Assembly: GCA_038087875.1 (NCBI GenBank)
Contig: CM075994.1
Coordinates: 2,854,124 to 2,918,000, forward strand
From: Malacoraja senta
Taxonomy: Eukaryota
Direction of reading: 5' to 3'
Length of the DNA: 63,877 nucleotides
The notes under the pieces were generated by a model. That model was given only the letters and a program-made list of their open reading frames with translations, searched no databases and was not told the DNA's origin. Numbering within the stretch: position 1 is the stretch's first letter; the number at the start of each line of letters is the position of its first letter. Positions 1-12,606 of the stretch are shown piece by piece. The position numbers were made by a program, and so were the translations under genes.

Positions 1-129
1 AAGGCGGTTCTCCCAGGACTCTCCCATTGGCTCTCCCATTGGTCTTCAGGTGGGCTGACGCCTGCGATGTCCCCCAAATGCGGGATACTCGACTGCAAAA
101 TTTGTGGTAGTGGGGGACTGCGTTCACGC
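1..129 (+). pseudogene. RNU1: U1 snRNA pseudogene/variant, 3' portion (5' end cut by window edge)
   Basis: Recognisable U1 sequence AAGGCGGTTCTCCCAGG...GCTGACGCCTGCGATGTCCCCCAAATGCGGGATACTCGACTGCAAAATTTGTGGTAGTGGGGGACTGCGTTC, including the Sm site AATTTGTGG. Has an internal tandem duplication (ctctcccattgg x2) and lacks the terminal TTTCCCCTG. Confidence 0.85.
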
Positions 130-140
130 AAAAACAATTA

Positions 141-456
141 AGGGCGGCACGGTGGAGCAGCTGTAGAGTTGCTGCCTTACAGCGCTTGCAGCGCCAGAGA
201 CCCGGGTTCGATCCCGACTACGGGTGCTGTCTGGACGAAGTTTGTACGTTTTCCCCGTGACCATGTGGGTTTTCTCCGAGATCTTTGGTTTCCTCCCACA
301 CTCCAAAGTCGTACAGGTTTGTAGGTAAATTGGTTTGGTATAAGTGTAAATTGCCCCTAGTGCGTGTAAGATAGTGTTAAAGTGTGGGGATCGCTGGTCT
401 GCGTGGACTCAGTGGGCCGAAGAGCTTGTTTCCGCGCTGAATCTCTAAACTAAACT
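141..456 (+). mobile_element. tRNA-derived SINE (V-SINE/HE1-like)
   Basis: Pol III A/B-box-like head (ggtggagcagctg...gggttcgatccc), conserved central domain, LINE-like tail ending (taaac)n; many copies in the window. Confidence 0.85.
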
Positions 457-499
457 CAGCAATGACCATAAAATTATTACAAATATATTTTAAAATAAA

Positions 500-742
500 T
501 GGCTTTGTCCTTTCTTCTGCCGATCAAACCCCTACCCACCAGTATCGACCTATCACTTGCCACACTGTTCCATCCCCACCTCTCTTTCAACTTTCTCACT
601 CACTTCTACAATCAGTCTGAAGAAGGGTCCCGACCCGAAACGAGGCCAACTATGTACTCCAGAAATGTTGCCTCACCCACTGAATTATTCCAGCACTTTT
701 GTCTTTTTCTGTAAACCAGCATCTGCAGTTCCTTGTGTCTAC
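500..742 (+). mobile_element. Penelope-like element terminal repeat with hammerhead-like core
   Basis: cagtCTGAAGAagggtcccgacccGAAAC followed by the recurrent terminal motif ...ccagcacttttgtc...aaccagcatctgcagttcc; the same motif ends the GIY-YIG-coding copies. Confidence 0.7.
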
Positions 743-836
743 AAATATATTTTTGCTCCTTGGACTAATGATCTGTTGCTTAATTTTTATATAAGGGTTT
801 TGGAGTTTGTAAAAAGGCAGTATGATTAATGCTTAC

Positions 837-1027
837 CCTAAGGCAATACTGATAGTTTGATGTTTCATTTTCTGAAATTGGAAAGTTGTTAAAGTGTATG
901 GAACTGTTCCACAGAGTTATTTTGTAAATCTGCTTGATGATTGATGTTGTACTCTGCTGTCTGATGGAGTGAAGAATTAAGCCTTCAGGGCAAGACATTT
1001 GAGAGTGTACAGTGAATAGTCTTCTAA
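837..1027 (-). CDS. Candidate coding exon of an unidentified minus-strand gene
   Basis: Open non-repetitive frame (MSCPEGLILHSIRQQ...NETSNYQYCLR) ending exactly at a strong donor AGG|gtaagc (836/837); no homology recognised. Confidence 0.25.
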
Positions 1028-1243
1028 CAACAGTAGTATAAGCGTAGCTACCATGGTATTTTGGGACACTTCTGTGCAGCATTGTCAGTTTAGTATGCAT
1101 GCAATTAAATAACTTCTGAATTCATCAAGATTTGCCTCATCAGGAGTTATCACTTTCTAAATGAATTAATAAAGGACACAAAGGTTGGATCTGCAATGGT
1201 TGTAATGCAAGGCCAGTCACCCTGACAAGAAAGATATTTTAGA

Positions 1244-2441
1244 TTGGACTTTCAGAAGGCTTTCGACAAGGTCCCACATAAGAGATTAGCATACAAACTT
1301 AAAGCACATGGTATTGGGGGTTCAGTATTGATATGGATAGAGAACTGGCTGGCAGACAGGAAGCAAAGAGTAGGAGTAAACGGGTCCTTTTCAGAATGGC
1401 AGGCAGTGACTAGTGGGGTACCGCAAGGCTCAGTTCTGGGACCCCAGCTATTTACAATATATATTAATGATCTGGATGAGGGAATTGAATGCAACATCTC
1501 CAAGTTTGCGGATGACACGAAGCTGGGGGGCAGTGTTAGCTGTGAGGAGGATGCTAGGAGGCTGCAAGGTGACTTGGATAGGTTGGGTGAGTGGGCAAAG
1601 GCATGGCAGATGCAGTATAATGTGGATAAATGTGAGGTTATCCACTTTGGTGGCAAAAACAGGAAAGTAGACTATTATCTGAATGGTGGCCGATTAGAAA
1701 AGGGGAGATGCAACGAGACCTGGGTGTCATGGTACACCAGTCATTGAAAGTAGGAATGCAGGTGCAGCAGGCAGTGAAGAAAGCAAATGGTATGTTAGCA
1801 TTCATAGCAAAAGGATTTGAGTATAAGACAGGGAGGTTCTACTGCAGTTGTACAGGGTCTTGGTGAGACCACACCTGGAGTATTGCGTACAGTTTTGGTC
1901 TCCTAATCTGAGGAAAGACATTCTTGCCATAGAGGGAGTACAGAGAAGGTTCACCAGACTGATTCCTGGGATGGCAGGACTTTCATATGAGGAAAGACTG
2001 GATAGACTCGGCTTGTACACGTTGGAATTCAGAAGACTGAGGGGGGATCTTATAGAAACTTACAAAATTCTTAAGGGGTTGGACAGGCTAGATGCAGGAG
2101 ATTATTCCCGATGTTGGGGAAGTCCAGAACTAGGGGTCACAGTTTAAGGATAAGAGGGAAGACTTTTAGGACCAAGATGAGGAAATCATTTTTTACACAG
2201 AGAGTGGTGAATCTGTGGAATTCTCTGCCACAGAAGGTAGTTGAGGCCAGTTCATTGGCTATATTTAAGAGGGAGTTAGATGTGGCCCTTGTGGCTAAAG
2301 GGGGTCAGGGGGTATGGAGAGAAGGCAGGGATGGGATACTGAGTTGGATGATCAGCCATGATCATATCAAATGGCGGCGCAGGCTCGAAGGGCCGAATGG
2401 CCTACTCTGCACCTATTTTCTAATGTTTCTATGTTTCTATG
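1244..2441 (+). mobile_element. CR1/HER1-like LINE, 5'-truncated (RT C-terminal part + 3' UTR)
   Basis: [43 protein letters not shown]; frameshifted; tail (ctatgttt)n. Confidence 0.95.
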
Positions 2442-2478
2442 ACATCAGAAATTGAATCATTCCACCAGTTTCCTAGAA

Positions 2479-2930
2479 TCAGAAGGTAGTGTAACTCATA
2501 AGGATGTGGAGACATAGTACGAGACGGACATCAAGTGCTGCTGGAAGATCATCAACGGTGAAAGACACTCTTTGGTTGGCCCGAACCTTGTTAACCTCCA
2601 AGCAGAGCGAGATGTCCATCAAGGAATGTGGCTGACTGGCCCACTCCACAGACTGCAGAGTACGTGCTGAGGGACGCACTAAAGCTCGGTGCAGCCAACG
2701 CCAAGACTCTGTGGGGGAGGACCACAATCTTGGTTTCTTCCGCTGCTGCACATTGGGGGGCAGGGTGTGGTGGAGCCACCCCTCAAACAAAGGAAGGAAT
2801 CTCACCCAGGGGGCCACATGAGTGGCAAGGGTATAGTTATGGTTTTTCGGAACACTACAAAATATAACGCTAACGAATGTATGTGTAGCCGCGGAGAATG
2901 TCGGATGAATTTTGCCATGTGAGAACAGTG
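2479..2930 (+). mobile_element. Tx1/L1-clade LINE 3' fragment
   Basis: EYVLRDALKLGAANAKTLWGRTT resembles the C-terminus of vertebrate Tx1-like ORF2. Confidence 0.6.
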
Positions 2931-3334
2931 AGAAATGTAATGTGCTCTTAAATCTTTTATTCTTATAGGATTGGTCAGGTTTAAGGAGTGGTAAGTGGGG
3001 AATGGTTGGAGATGTGACCAGTTGGGGAAGCATGGGGGATGCAAGAGTGAGGCACATCGCTGACGATCTTTAGATCATGGGTTTGTGGCTGCCACCATGT
3101 AATCTTTGAACTCTTTCCCTTACATAATATGGACCAAGCAATGTCTGGGACAGAGACTGGGTCTATTGATGTAATGAGGGAGTGGTTTGTGCCAGAATTT
3201 GGGGGCAAATGCAGGTATTGGTGGGAGTGCCATACAGCATCTGGGAGCAAGAATTGTGTAAAGCCAATAGTAGAGCTCTTGATACCATCTCAATTGTAAT
3301 ACAAACATACAAACAAGATCAATTTCATTATCCC

Positions 3335-4163
3335 GAAAATAGACACAAAATGCTGGAGTAACTCAACAGGTCAGGCTGCATCCCTGGAGAAAAGGAGTAG
3401 GGGTGATGTTTTGGTTTAGAACCTTTCTTCAGACAGAAAGTAGGGGTGGGAAGGGAGGGGAGGGGGGGTGGAATAAGCCGGAGGCGAGAAAAGACCAGAA
3501 CAAAACAGGGCCGGCAACAGATGACCTCAGTAGAGCCCATAATGGCCCATTGTTTGCTGGGAAGGTGTGAAAACAAGATGGATACAAGGATGCGATCAGT
3601 GGGACAGGTAGGACGATTTGGGGCGGGGAGGGGAGGGGGGAGGGGGGAGGGGGAGGGGGGGAGGGGGGAGGGGGGAGAGGGGGTTAGAATGCAGGAGTTA
3701 CTCGAAATAGAGAAGTCAATGTTCATTTCCACTTGGAATTTTAGTTGTCCAAGCAAAATATAGAGGTGCTGTTCCTCCAATTTGCATGTGACCTCACTCT
3801 GACAGTGAAGGAGGTACAGGACAGAAAGGTCAGTATGGGAAATGGGAAGGGGAGTTACAATGTTTGGCACCCGGGAGATCGTGCAGGGCAAGGCGCAAGT
3901 ATTCAGCGAAACGATCGATAAGTCTACACTTGCCGATATATAGGACCCCACACCGGAACACCAGATACAGTAGATGAGGTTGGAGGAGGTGCAAGTAAAC
4001 CTCTGCCTCCCATGCAAGGACTGTTGGGGTCCTGGATGGAGTCAAGGAGGAGGTATAAGAACAGGTGTTGCATCTCCTGCGGTTGCAGGGGGAAGTCCCT
4101 GCGGGTGGGGGGGGGAGGGTGGTTTGGGTGGGAAGGGATGAACCAGGGAGTTGCGTAGGGAAC
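3335..4163 (-). mobile_element. Penelope-like element (GIY-YIG endonuclease region + terminal repeat), decayed
   Basis: PCNRRRCNTC, FTCTSSNLIYCIWCS, CGVLYIG, KLEEQHL motifs; continues at 5735-6100 beyond a nested Rex1 insertion. Confidence 0.85.
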
Positions 4164-5732
4164 TCAAGTTCAAGTGAGTTTATTGTCATGTGTCCCTGAT
4201 AGGACAATGAAATTCTTGCTTTGCTTCAGCACAACAGAACATAGTAGGCATTGACTACAAAACAGATCAGTATGTCCATATACCATTCTATAAATATATA
4301 CACACATGAATAAATAAACTGATAAAGTGCAAATAACAGTTAATGGACTATTAAAGTTCAGAGTTTTGTCCGAGCCGGGTTTAATAGCCTGATGGTGTGG
4401 GAAGTAGCTATTCCTGAACCTGGTTGTTGCAGTCTTCAGGCTCCTGTACCTTCTACCTGAAGGTAGTAGGGGGATGAGTGTTTGGCCCAGGATGGTGGTG
4501 GGTCCTTGATGATACTGCCAGCCATTTTCAGGCAGCGACTGCGATAGATCCCTCGATGGAAGGGAGGTCAGAGCCGATGATGGACTGGGCAGTGTTTACT
4601 ACTTTTTGTAGTCTTTTCCTCTCCAGGGCGCTCAAGTTGCTGAACCAAGCCACGATGCAACTGGTCAGCATGCCTCTACTGTGCACCTGTAGAAGTTAGA
4701 GAGAGTCCTCCTTGACAAACCGACTCTCCGCAATCTTCTCAGGAAGTAGAGGCGCTGATGTGCTTTCTTAATAATGGCATCAGTGTTCTCGGACCAGGAA
4801 AGATCTTCAGAGATGTGCACGCCCAGGAATTTGAGCTCTTGACCCTTTCAACCATCGACCCGTTGATATAAACAGGACTGAGGGTCCCCATCCTACTCCT
4901 TCCAAAGCCCACAATCAGTTCCTTGGTTTTGCTGGTGTTGAGGGCCAGGTTATTGTGCTGGCACCATATGGACAGTTGCTCGATCTCTCTTTTATACTCT
5001 GACTCATCCCCATCAGTGATACGTCCCACAACAGTGGTGTCGTCAGCGAACTTGATGATGGAGTTCGCACTATGACCGGCTACGCAGTCATGAGTATTAG
5101 TGAGTACAGCAGGGGGCTGAGCACGCAGCCTTGAGGTGCTCCCGTGCTGATTGTTATCGAGTCTGAACACATTTCCACCAATACGAACAGACTGTGGTCT
5201 AAGAGTGAGGAAGTCGAGGGTCCAATTGCAAAGGGATGCGCAGAGACCCAGTTCTGCGAGTTTGGTAACCAGCTTGGAGAGGATGATTGTATTAAATGCC
5301 GAGCTGTAATCGATGAATAACAGCCTGACATATGAGTTTTTTGTTGTCCAAGTGGTCCAGAGCGGAGTAGAGGGCCAGCGAGATTGCATCCACCGTTGAT
5401 CTGTTGTGGCGGTAAGCGAACTGCAGTGGGTCCAGGTTTTTGTCGAGGTAGGAGTTGATCTGCGCCATGATCAACCTCTCAAAGCACTTCATCACCACAG
5501 GCGTTAGTGCCACAGGTCGATAGTCATTGAGGCACGTCACCTTACTCTTCTTGGGCACTGGTATAATTGATGCCCTTTTGAAGCAGGTGGGAACCTCAGA
5601 CCTCAGAAGTGAGAGGTTGAAATATCCGTAAAAACTCCAGCCAGTTGGTCCGCACAGGTTTTTAGAACACGACCAGGTATACCATCAGGTCCAGGCGCTT
5701 TTCGAGGGTTCACCCTCTGAAGGATTTCCTGA
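4164..5732 (-). mobile_element. Rex1/Babar-type LINE, 5'-truncated, nested in Penelope
   Basis: [60 protein letters not shown]; tail (cttgaa)n on - strand. Confidence 0.9.
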
Positions 5733-5734
5733 AG

Positions 5735-6100
5735 AACTGTCTCTGTGGAAAGTAGAAAGGGATGAGGATGGGAAGATGTGGCTACTGGTGGGATCTCATT
5801 GGAGGTGACGAAAATGTCGGAGGATGATGTGTTGTATACGACGGCTGAGGGGTGAAAGGTGAGGAGTAGGGGACTGTCCCTGTTGTGACTGTGGGGAGCT
5901 GGAGCAAGAGCGGAACTACAGGGTACAGAAGAAGCAAATGTGAGGACCTAATCTATGATAGAATGGGGGAACCCACGTTCCCTAAAGAATAAGCACATCT
6001 TGGATGTCCTAGTATGGAACACCTCATCTTGGAAACAGATATGGCGGAGATAAAGGAATTAGGAGTAGGGGGTAGAGTCTTTACAAGAGGCAGGGTAAAT
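5735..6100 (-). mobile_element. Penelope-like element, upstream part (split by Rex1)
   Basis: Homologous to the 45740-46090 region of the longer Penelope copy. Confidence 0.75.
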
Positions 6101-8552
6101 TACCCAGCCTATCCTAGAAGGTTATGGCGCTTCACCTATCACATATCTTGGCCTCAACATCACTTTTTGAAATTCTTCCATTACCATTTGGGGTATTCAT
6201 GACTGATAAAATAAATTTACCAAAATCTTCATCTGATATGGGCACCCCTAGTTCTAAATACCCCCGGTTAATACCCTCTCAGTATCAACCCAGTTAATGC
6301 TCCTTAGATTCTTGTCTGATTGCATAAGATCGATTTTTCATTCTTCTATACAGGCCGTCCCTAGGTCACAATGTCTAACTTATGTACACCCCCTACGTAT
6401 GAACAACCTCCATATTATTACATTCAAAATTGTGACAAATATACAAATGATAAGTTCTATGTCCACAAGACTAATTTCCTTCCTTTAATTCTTCATTTTT
6501 AGTAATCGTTCTTTCTTATAGTCATATATGCTTTTGATGTCATTAGTATAAATACTGTAGAGGTATGGTTAACATATTGAAAGATATTTGTGCATTTTAC
6601 GTCTTACAGACAAAATCAACTTATGGAAGTCTGGAAAAATTGAACCCCTTTTTGACCCGGTATGGCCTGTACTTCAATGAGTGCAATGATCTGAAGTAAA
6701 ATACAGTATGTTTCTGTTTCCACTGATGCTGCTTGACCTGCAGTGGTTCCAGCATTTTCTGATTTAAATATTTATTTATGAATGTCTCCTATGTAAAGAT
6801 TGGCAATTCATCAACTATTTTGGTATTTGTTGTAATATTGATATTTATATTTTGCAGAGTGGTAGAGCTATTTTCATTAATGCTTGCAAAATAACTCAGT
6901 GCCTGATCCTGTCTTTTTCTGAAAAGTGTCCTGGGGTACATTGTACACTAAGGCAAATAAATAAACATTTATACCATTGCTAAATTATTTTTCACGAGAT
7001 GGCAACAGATTGCTGGTCGTACTTTCATTGTATATTCAAGGTGTTTGCTGGTGCATTATTTCCCCACAAATCTTGCCTTCTTTTTCCTTCTGTACATATG
7101 AACATTATTGGTCTATGTGTTTCATGATGCGTCACCCTGCAGCAGCTTGCCTGAGTGTCCTATTACGCACGTATTACCTATGTAAGCAGAAAGGACACCA
7201 CAGTGATGGCTAAACCACTCTTTATCTAACATGTAAACAATTTTTCCAATAGATATGGGTGCCTACATTTGACCCAATAAGAATCCACACTTTAGGAAAG
7301 TATCAAAAAAGGAAACTGTAACATAAATGTTGCAGGATCTTGTAGGGTTAGTGCCGGGATGAAGACTAGAGATAAGAAGAAACTACATAATCTTTGATCA
7401 TGAAACATATTCCTTGCCATCAATTAAAATTGGTTGTATGAATGCCCTCATAAAAGGAAAAGTATGGTATTTCTAGTCATACTCGTGTTCTAACTGCGCT
7501 CTTTGGATTAACATGTTGCAGTTGAAAGGTTTCACTTTACATGTTTCCACATGTCAAAATCTTTGAAGTGAGGAACATGAGCTGTGAAGAAATGCATTTG
7601 CCTTACTTTTTTAATTATCTGTAGAACGTAACAATTGGTTAACTCCTCAAATACTGTATCATCTGTACAATATCAAAACATAAAATGTGTGCACAGAAAA
7701 CGATGTGCTGTGGATTATAAAATATTATTAAATTATTGATACAAATTAGATAATATTCATAAATATCGAATGGATTTTTGGCTATATTAGCAGTATCTTA
7801 ATGTTCATAATGATTTAGGATGGTCTTATCCAAGCTAAATTGATGTCCCAGAATTCTTCAGGCAGGGCAGCAATAAATGATTAAATTATTTTTATGTCAC
7901 CCAATCATGTTGTTACCAATGTTTTCTCAAGAGCAAGTAATGTAGGAAAGTGGGAATAAAGAGTACCTTGCTTATGTTCTTAATTTATACCTTTACTCAA
8001 ATAAGGAATGAGCTCTGGAGAACAGACACTTGCCATTTTTAGCCAGTGCATTACTTCATTATTTGTGACCAGATGTTATATTTATCAGATGGAGCAAAAT
8101 AAAGCTCCCTCAGTGACTCAGCCTAAATTTAAAACTGTCGATATGGTTACATTCCAATTAGTTTTTCATTATCGTGATCAAACATATTTCACAAAGAATA
8201 CTTACAGTTATCAAAGAAGGTTTCATCCTTTTGGGTTTTATTTGGCCTTTGTTTGGGAAAGAAACATTGGAGAGATTTGCCTTGGTTTGATCTGTCTGTA
8301 ACCTAGGTAATCAAATGTAACCTAGGTAATCAAATTAATCTACTAGAAATTCAGCTAATAGGAATATTACCTGATGTTGCCATGAAGGGGGTTACATCAG
8401 GGCCTAGCATCTGGAACTATTCATTAGGATAGGGAAGGACTAGCAGATAGTACTGAGGTGAGATTGCACCGAGGAGGGAGTATTGTAGAATGTTCTTAAA
8501 CATCAATGTCTTCCTGATCCACCAGAGGGTTTGATGTCAAATCAACATTTAT

Positions 8553-9020
8553 AACCATATAACCATATAACAATTACAGCACGGAAACAGGCCATCTCGG
8601 CCCTTCTAGTCCATGCCGAACACTTACTCTCACCTAGTCCCATCTACCTGCACTCAGACCATAACCCTCCATTCCTTTCCCGCCCATATACCTATCCAAT
8701 TTATTTTTAAATGATAAAAACGAACCTGCCTTCACCACTTCCACTGGAAGCTCATTCCACACAGCTACCACTCTCTGAGTAAAGAAGTTCTCCCTCATGT
8801 TGCCCCTAAACTTTTGTCCCTTAATTCTCAAATCATGTCCTCTTGTTTGAATCTTCCCTACTCTCAATGGAAAAAGCTTATCCATGTCAACTCTGTCTAT
8901 CCCTCTCAAAATTTTAAAGACCTCTATCAGGTCCCCCCTTAACCTTCTGCGCTCCAAAGAATAAAGACCTATTTTGTTCAACCTTTCTCTGTAACTTAGG
9001 TGCTGAAACCCAGGCATTGG
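8553..9020 (-). mobile_element. CR1-like LINE 3' end
   Basis: [30 protein letters not shown]; (ataaccat)n tail. Confidence 0.9.
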
Positions 9021-9149
9021 ACTATTCATTTCCGAATTTGTATTTACATAAGGTTAAGAAGATTGAGCCTTTAGCAGATTTTTTTTGGATTTGCATTTTA
9101 CTTCCTTAGGTTTATTCCAGATCCAACTTGGACACCATTTTTTGATTGA

Positions 9150-9460
9150 GTATATCTGCTGCCTCAGAGATCCAGCAAACCAGGTTCGATCCAAACCTCC
9201 AGTGCTGTCTGTGAGGAGTTTGCACTTTCTCCCTCCTGTTTCCCCCCACATCCCAAATGATATGCAGATCAATAGGTTAACTGGACTCTGTATATTGTCT
9301 CCAGCGTGTAAATGAGTGTTAGAATGAAGATGGGTTAATGGGACTGTAGGGAGAATAAAATGAAATGACTACAGGACTAATGCAAATGGATGCTTGATGA
9401 TAAATTGGTGTGGTCTTGTTGGGCAGAAGGGCCTGTTTCTGTACTGTGTGACTCTATGAG
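9150..9460 (+). mobile_element. Degenerate V-SINE-like element
   Basis: Similar to 141-456. Confidence 0.6.
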
Positions 9461-9466
9461 TGGTTC

Positions 9467-9722
9467 AATAGACAATAGGCGCAGGAGTAGGCCATTCGGC
9501 CCTTCAAACCAGCACCACCATTCAATGTGATCATGGCTGATCATCCATAATCAGTATCCCGTTCCTGCCTTCTCCCCATATCCCCTGACTCTGCTATCAT
9601 CAAGAGCCCTATCTCTCTTGAAAGTGTCCAGAGAATCGGCTGAGAATTCCACAGACTCACAACTCTCTGTGTGAAAAAGTTTCCTCATCTCCGTTCTAAA
9701 TGGCTTACCCCTTATTCTTAAA
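9467..9722 (-). mobile_element. CR1-like LINE 3' UTR fragment
   Basis: Reverse complement of the tail seen at 21120-21405. Confidence 0.85.
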
Positions 9723-10284
9723 TAATGTCCATGCTTGGTTAATTGCTAACATCAATTATCATCTGGCTTCTAATAGAGATACCAAGTATTTTGCTGGAAT
9801 TGTGAATGAAACTATCAAGGATTTTTAAATTTTGTCACCAATTTCAATCGTCTTTCTTGAATCCACAAACCTCTGACATTGCTTATATGCCCCACTTGCA
9901 TGACCTCAATGACTTTATTTGAAACTGAATTATTTCCAAATGACATTGTAGTGTTATTTTTTACTTGAATATTTCTGTTTAATTCTTGAACCAAATTTAG
10001 TTGAACAAGGCTCAAGTATATTAAAAAATCCCCACCCTGTCAAGATTTTTGTAAGAATTGTTCTGTATTTCTGCAACAAATTGGCCAAACATCATTTAAT
10101 GCTGAGCTTTGAATATTCTTGCTTCTTGACAGCATTACCATTCAAACTGATCTGTTGGCTTCTCCATTTGAAGCCTGATAAGAAGGTATGAGAATATATT
10201 TGATACCACATAGTTTCATAAAGTTTGTGAAAAGAGTAGATTGTCAGAAACAATATCTTCAAGCAAAACCCAACATTCAGATCG

Positions 10285-10690
10285 ACCAATTTTGCTGGTA
10301 TCTTATTTGCCAAAGTTATCTCATGTCCCCTTTTGGTCCTCCTGATTTCCCTCTTAAGTGCACACCTAAACCCTCCATACTCCCCAAGAGATTCACTGGA
10401 TCCCAACTGTGTATACGTGGCATATGCCCTGCTTCTTTTATTTGGCCTGAGCCTCAATATCTTTTGGGATCCCCACTCTTGCCAATCTTGGCCTTCACTC
10501 TAACAGGAACATGCTGGTCCTGAGCTCTCTCTATCTCACATTTAAACACCTCCCACTAACCAGCCATCTTTTTATCTGCAAACAGCATCCCTAATCAACC
10601 TTTGATAATTCATGTTTAATACAGGCAAAATTGGCCTTGCTCCAATGTAGGATTTAAACATTTGGACCAATCTTATCCTTTTCCATAATT
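10285..10690 (-). mobile_element. CR1-like LINE internal fragment, decayed
   Basis: LKREIRRTKRGHEITLANKI matches the CR1 ORF2 linker (cf. 29580-29660). Confidence 0.6.
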
Positions 10691-11558
10691 ATTTTAAGAG
10701 TAATCTTTCAGCTTATTTTTGGATCAAAATCTTCCAGTTACTTTACAACATTTACAATTATATCATTCACTTTGCGTCATAAGAATGATAGCTGCAGTTC
10801 AAGAGATGAAACATGACCACCATCTCAAAGACAGTTAGGGATAGGCAATAAATGAAAATGTAACAAAAGGAAATACACTGTTCCCTTTGTCAATTTATGA
10901 TGTCCTCAGAGAGGCATAGTGTGTCATAATATCCCAAAAGATATTGGGATTTATTGGCTGTCATTTCCATGTAGCGATTTTAATCCGGCAGACCAAATAT
11001 TTGTGATGTAAACAATGAGAACACCATCTCACTTCTTTCTACACTAAGGATTACAATATGTACACACACACATTGAGGAAGAGAAAACAACGTGAAGCAC
11101 TAAGTACCAGAATTGGCTTATGTCTCTCTATATTGAAGAACTTTATGTCATTCAATTTCCAGGCAAACACATGTGACAGGAACAGTAGAAACAGATCAAC
11201 ACATTATTGCTGTCAGCCAGTCTGTGCTAAAAAGGATGACAACAAAAACTGATACAGCGACAGGGTTGAGAAGAACCATCAATGTTCTACCATTCCTGTA
11301 CAGGTTCCAGATTCAAGTGACTGATGCCAATGCATAACATAGCATTACACTGGGGTCTCTACCTTTCCAATCCAGTCAGGCCTTGCATAGAATTGCATGT
11401 CTCTTCAAGGAAAATTCTTGGCTGATCATTTTAAATTATTTTATTTTAATATTTCTGTAAAATGTGTTTTAATATTCTTTCTTTAGTTACTTTAAAACAA
11501 TTCTGTTCATTATTTGTCACTTGCATTTATATTTTTAAATAAAACAATTTATAAAAAG

Positions 11559-12606
11559 TAGCAATGTTACAAAATTTTGAGATTTTAAAAATCAAGTCTG
11601 CAATTTATCCCATCAGATAAAGCATAAAAAGAAGTTTAATTTGACACCTAATTCACTTTCATATCTTCAGTATTAAAAAGGTTATGGCCATTTACATACT
11701 CGGAAATTAGCATCTTGTTCCCTATTGCTTTTCCATTGACTTAACACAAAAGCTGTGATCGAGGACAGTCAAAAGCCCATAACTTTCTTAAAAATTAAGA
11801 GAACTGAAAGAAATTTTCTGTTATTATAGATTGAAGCAATCTGAAACAAATATGAAACAATCTTACTTGGATGACCTGAAATTAAAGCATATAATTAGTT
11901 AGTTACCTAATTGTAGCTAATTACAAAATTCAATTACTAGATCTAAACATCTATCCATTTCTTAAGAAAAGATTAACATTTTTAAATAGCCTAAGTGTCC
12001 AAATAACATTTACACAAGAATTCACAATATAACATGATTTTTAAATCTCATTGGCATGAATTTATAGGCCAAATGGAAGGAATTTAATGTTTAATTCCCG
12101 TAAATTAATGGCCATTTTAATCATCTTGCGAGTGGGCTTTTGTGGAACGAGATAGATTGGAACGTTGCATTTGCGGTGAATTTGAACCCCATATCGGCAG
12201 GAAAAACACTGCCGGTTCGTATTGGGCCATAATCACATTTTCGCCAATGAAATTTGGATTAAAGTCATCCTAAGAAGCAAGTTTATATGTAAAATAAACG
12301 ACTTACCTTATGTTTTGTCCCCTACGTGAGATCCGTCCCGTTGTCGGCGTTGACGGCATTAGAAGTCGCTTTTTTAATTTACTCCAGCGATTAAATTGTC
12401 CCGCGATTTTTTTTTTTTACTTCCGAGAACGCAAGTCGGAACGATTTTTCAACATCAGGTAGCAGCCCGAGAAAATATATCTCGGACAGGCAGGAGAGAA
12501 AACGGCATTTTAATCCCGCCCCCCCCCACCTCAAAGGCCCAAAGTCGCGTACACGGCCAGTGGCAGAACTGCAGCGCCGCTGAAGGTAAGTTTCGTAACA
12601 TACCTA
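11559..12606. mobile_element. Non-autonomous DNA transposon with imperfect TIRs and 7-bp TSD
   Basis: Ends TAGcaATGTTACaAAA ... TTTcGTAACATacCTA; TAAAAAG on both flanks (11552-11558, 12607-12613). Confidence 0.6.

Noticed and set aside
141..230. tRNA-like sequences at SINE heads
   Set aside because: SINE-derived A/B boxes without a complete cloverleaf; not tRNA genes.
898..915. Exact 18-mer ATGGAACTGTTCCACAGA shared with the HYLS1 last exon (48206-48223)
   Set aside because: No flanking similarity; compatible with chance in a window this size.
1244..2455. Reverse-transcriptase ORFs as functional genes
   Set aside because: All LINE and Penelope copies in the window are truncated and frameshifted; none is autonomous.
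8297..8334. 19-bp tandem duplication TGTAACCTAGGTAATCAAA x2
   Set aside because: Ordinary local duplication with no further structure.
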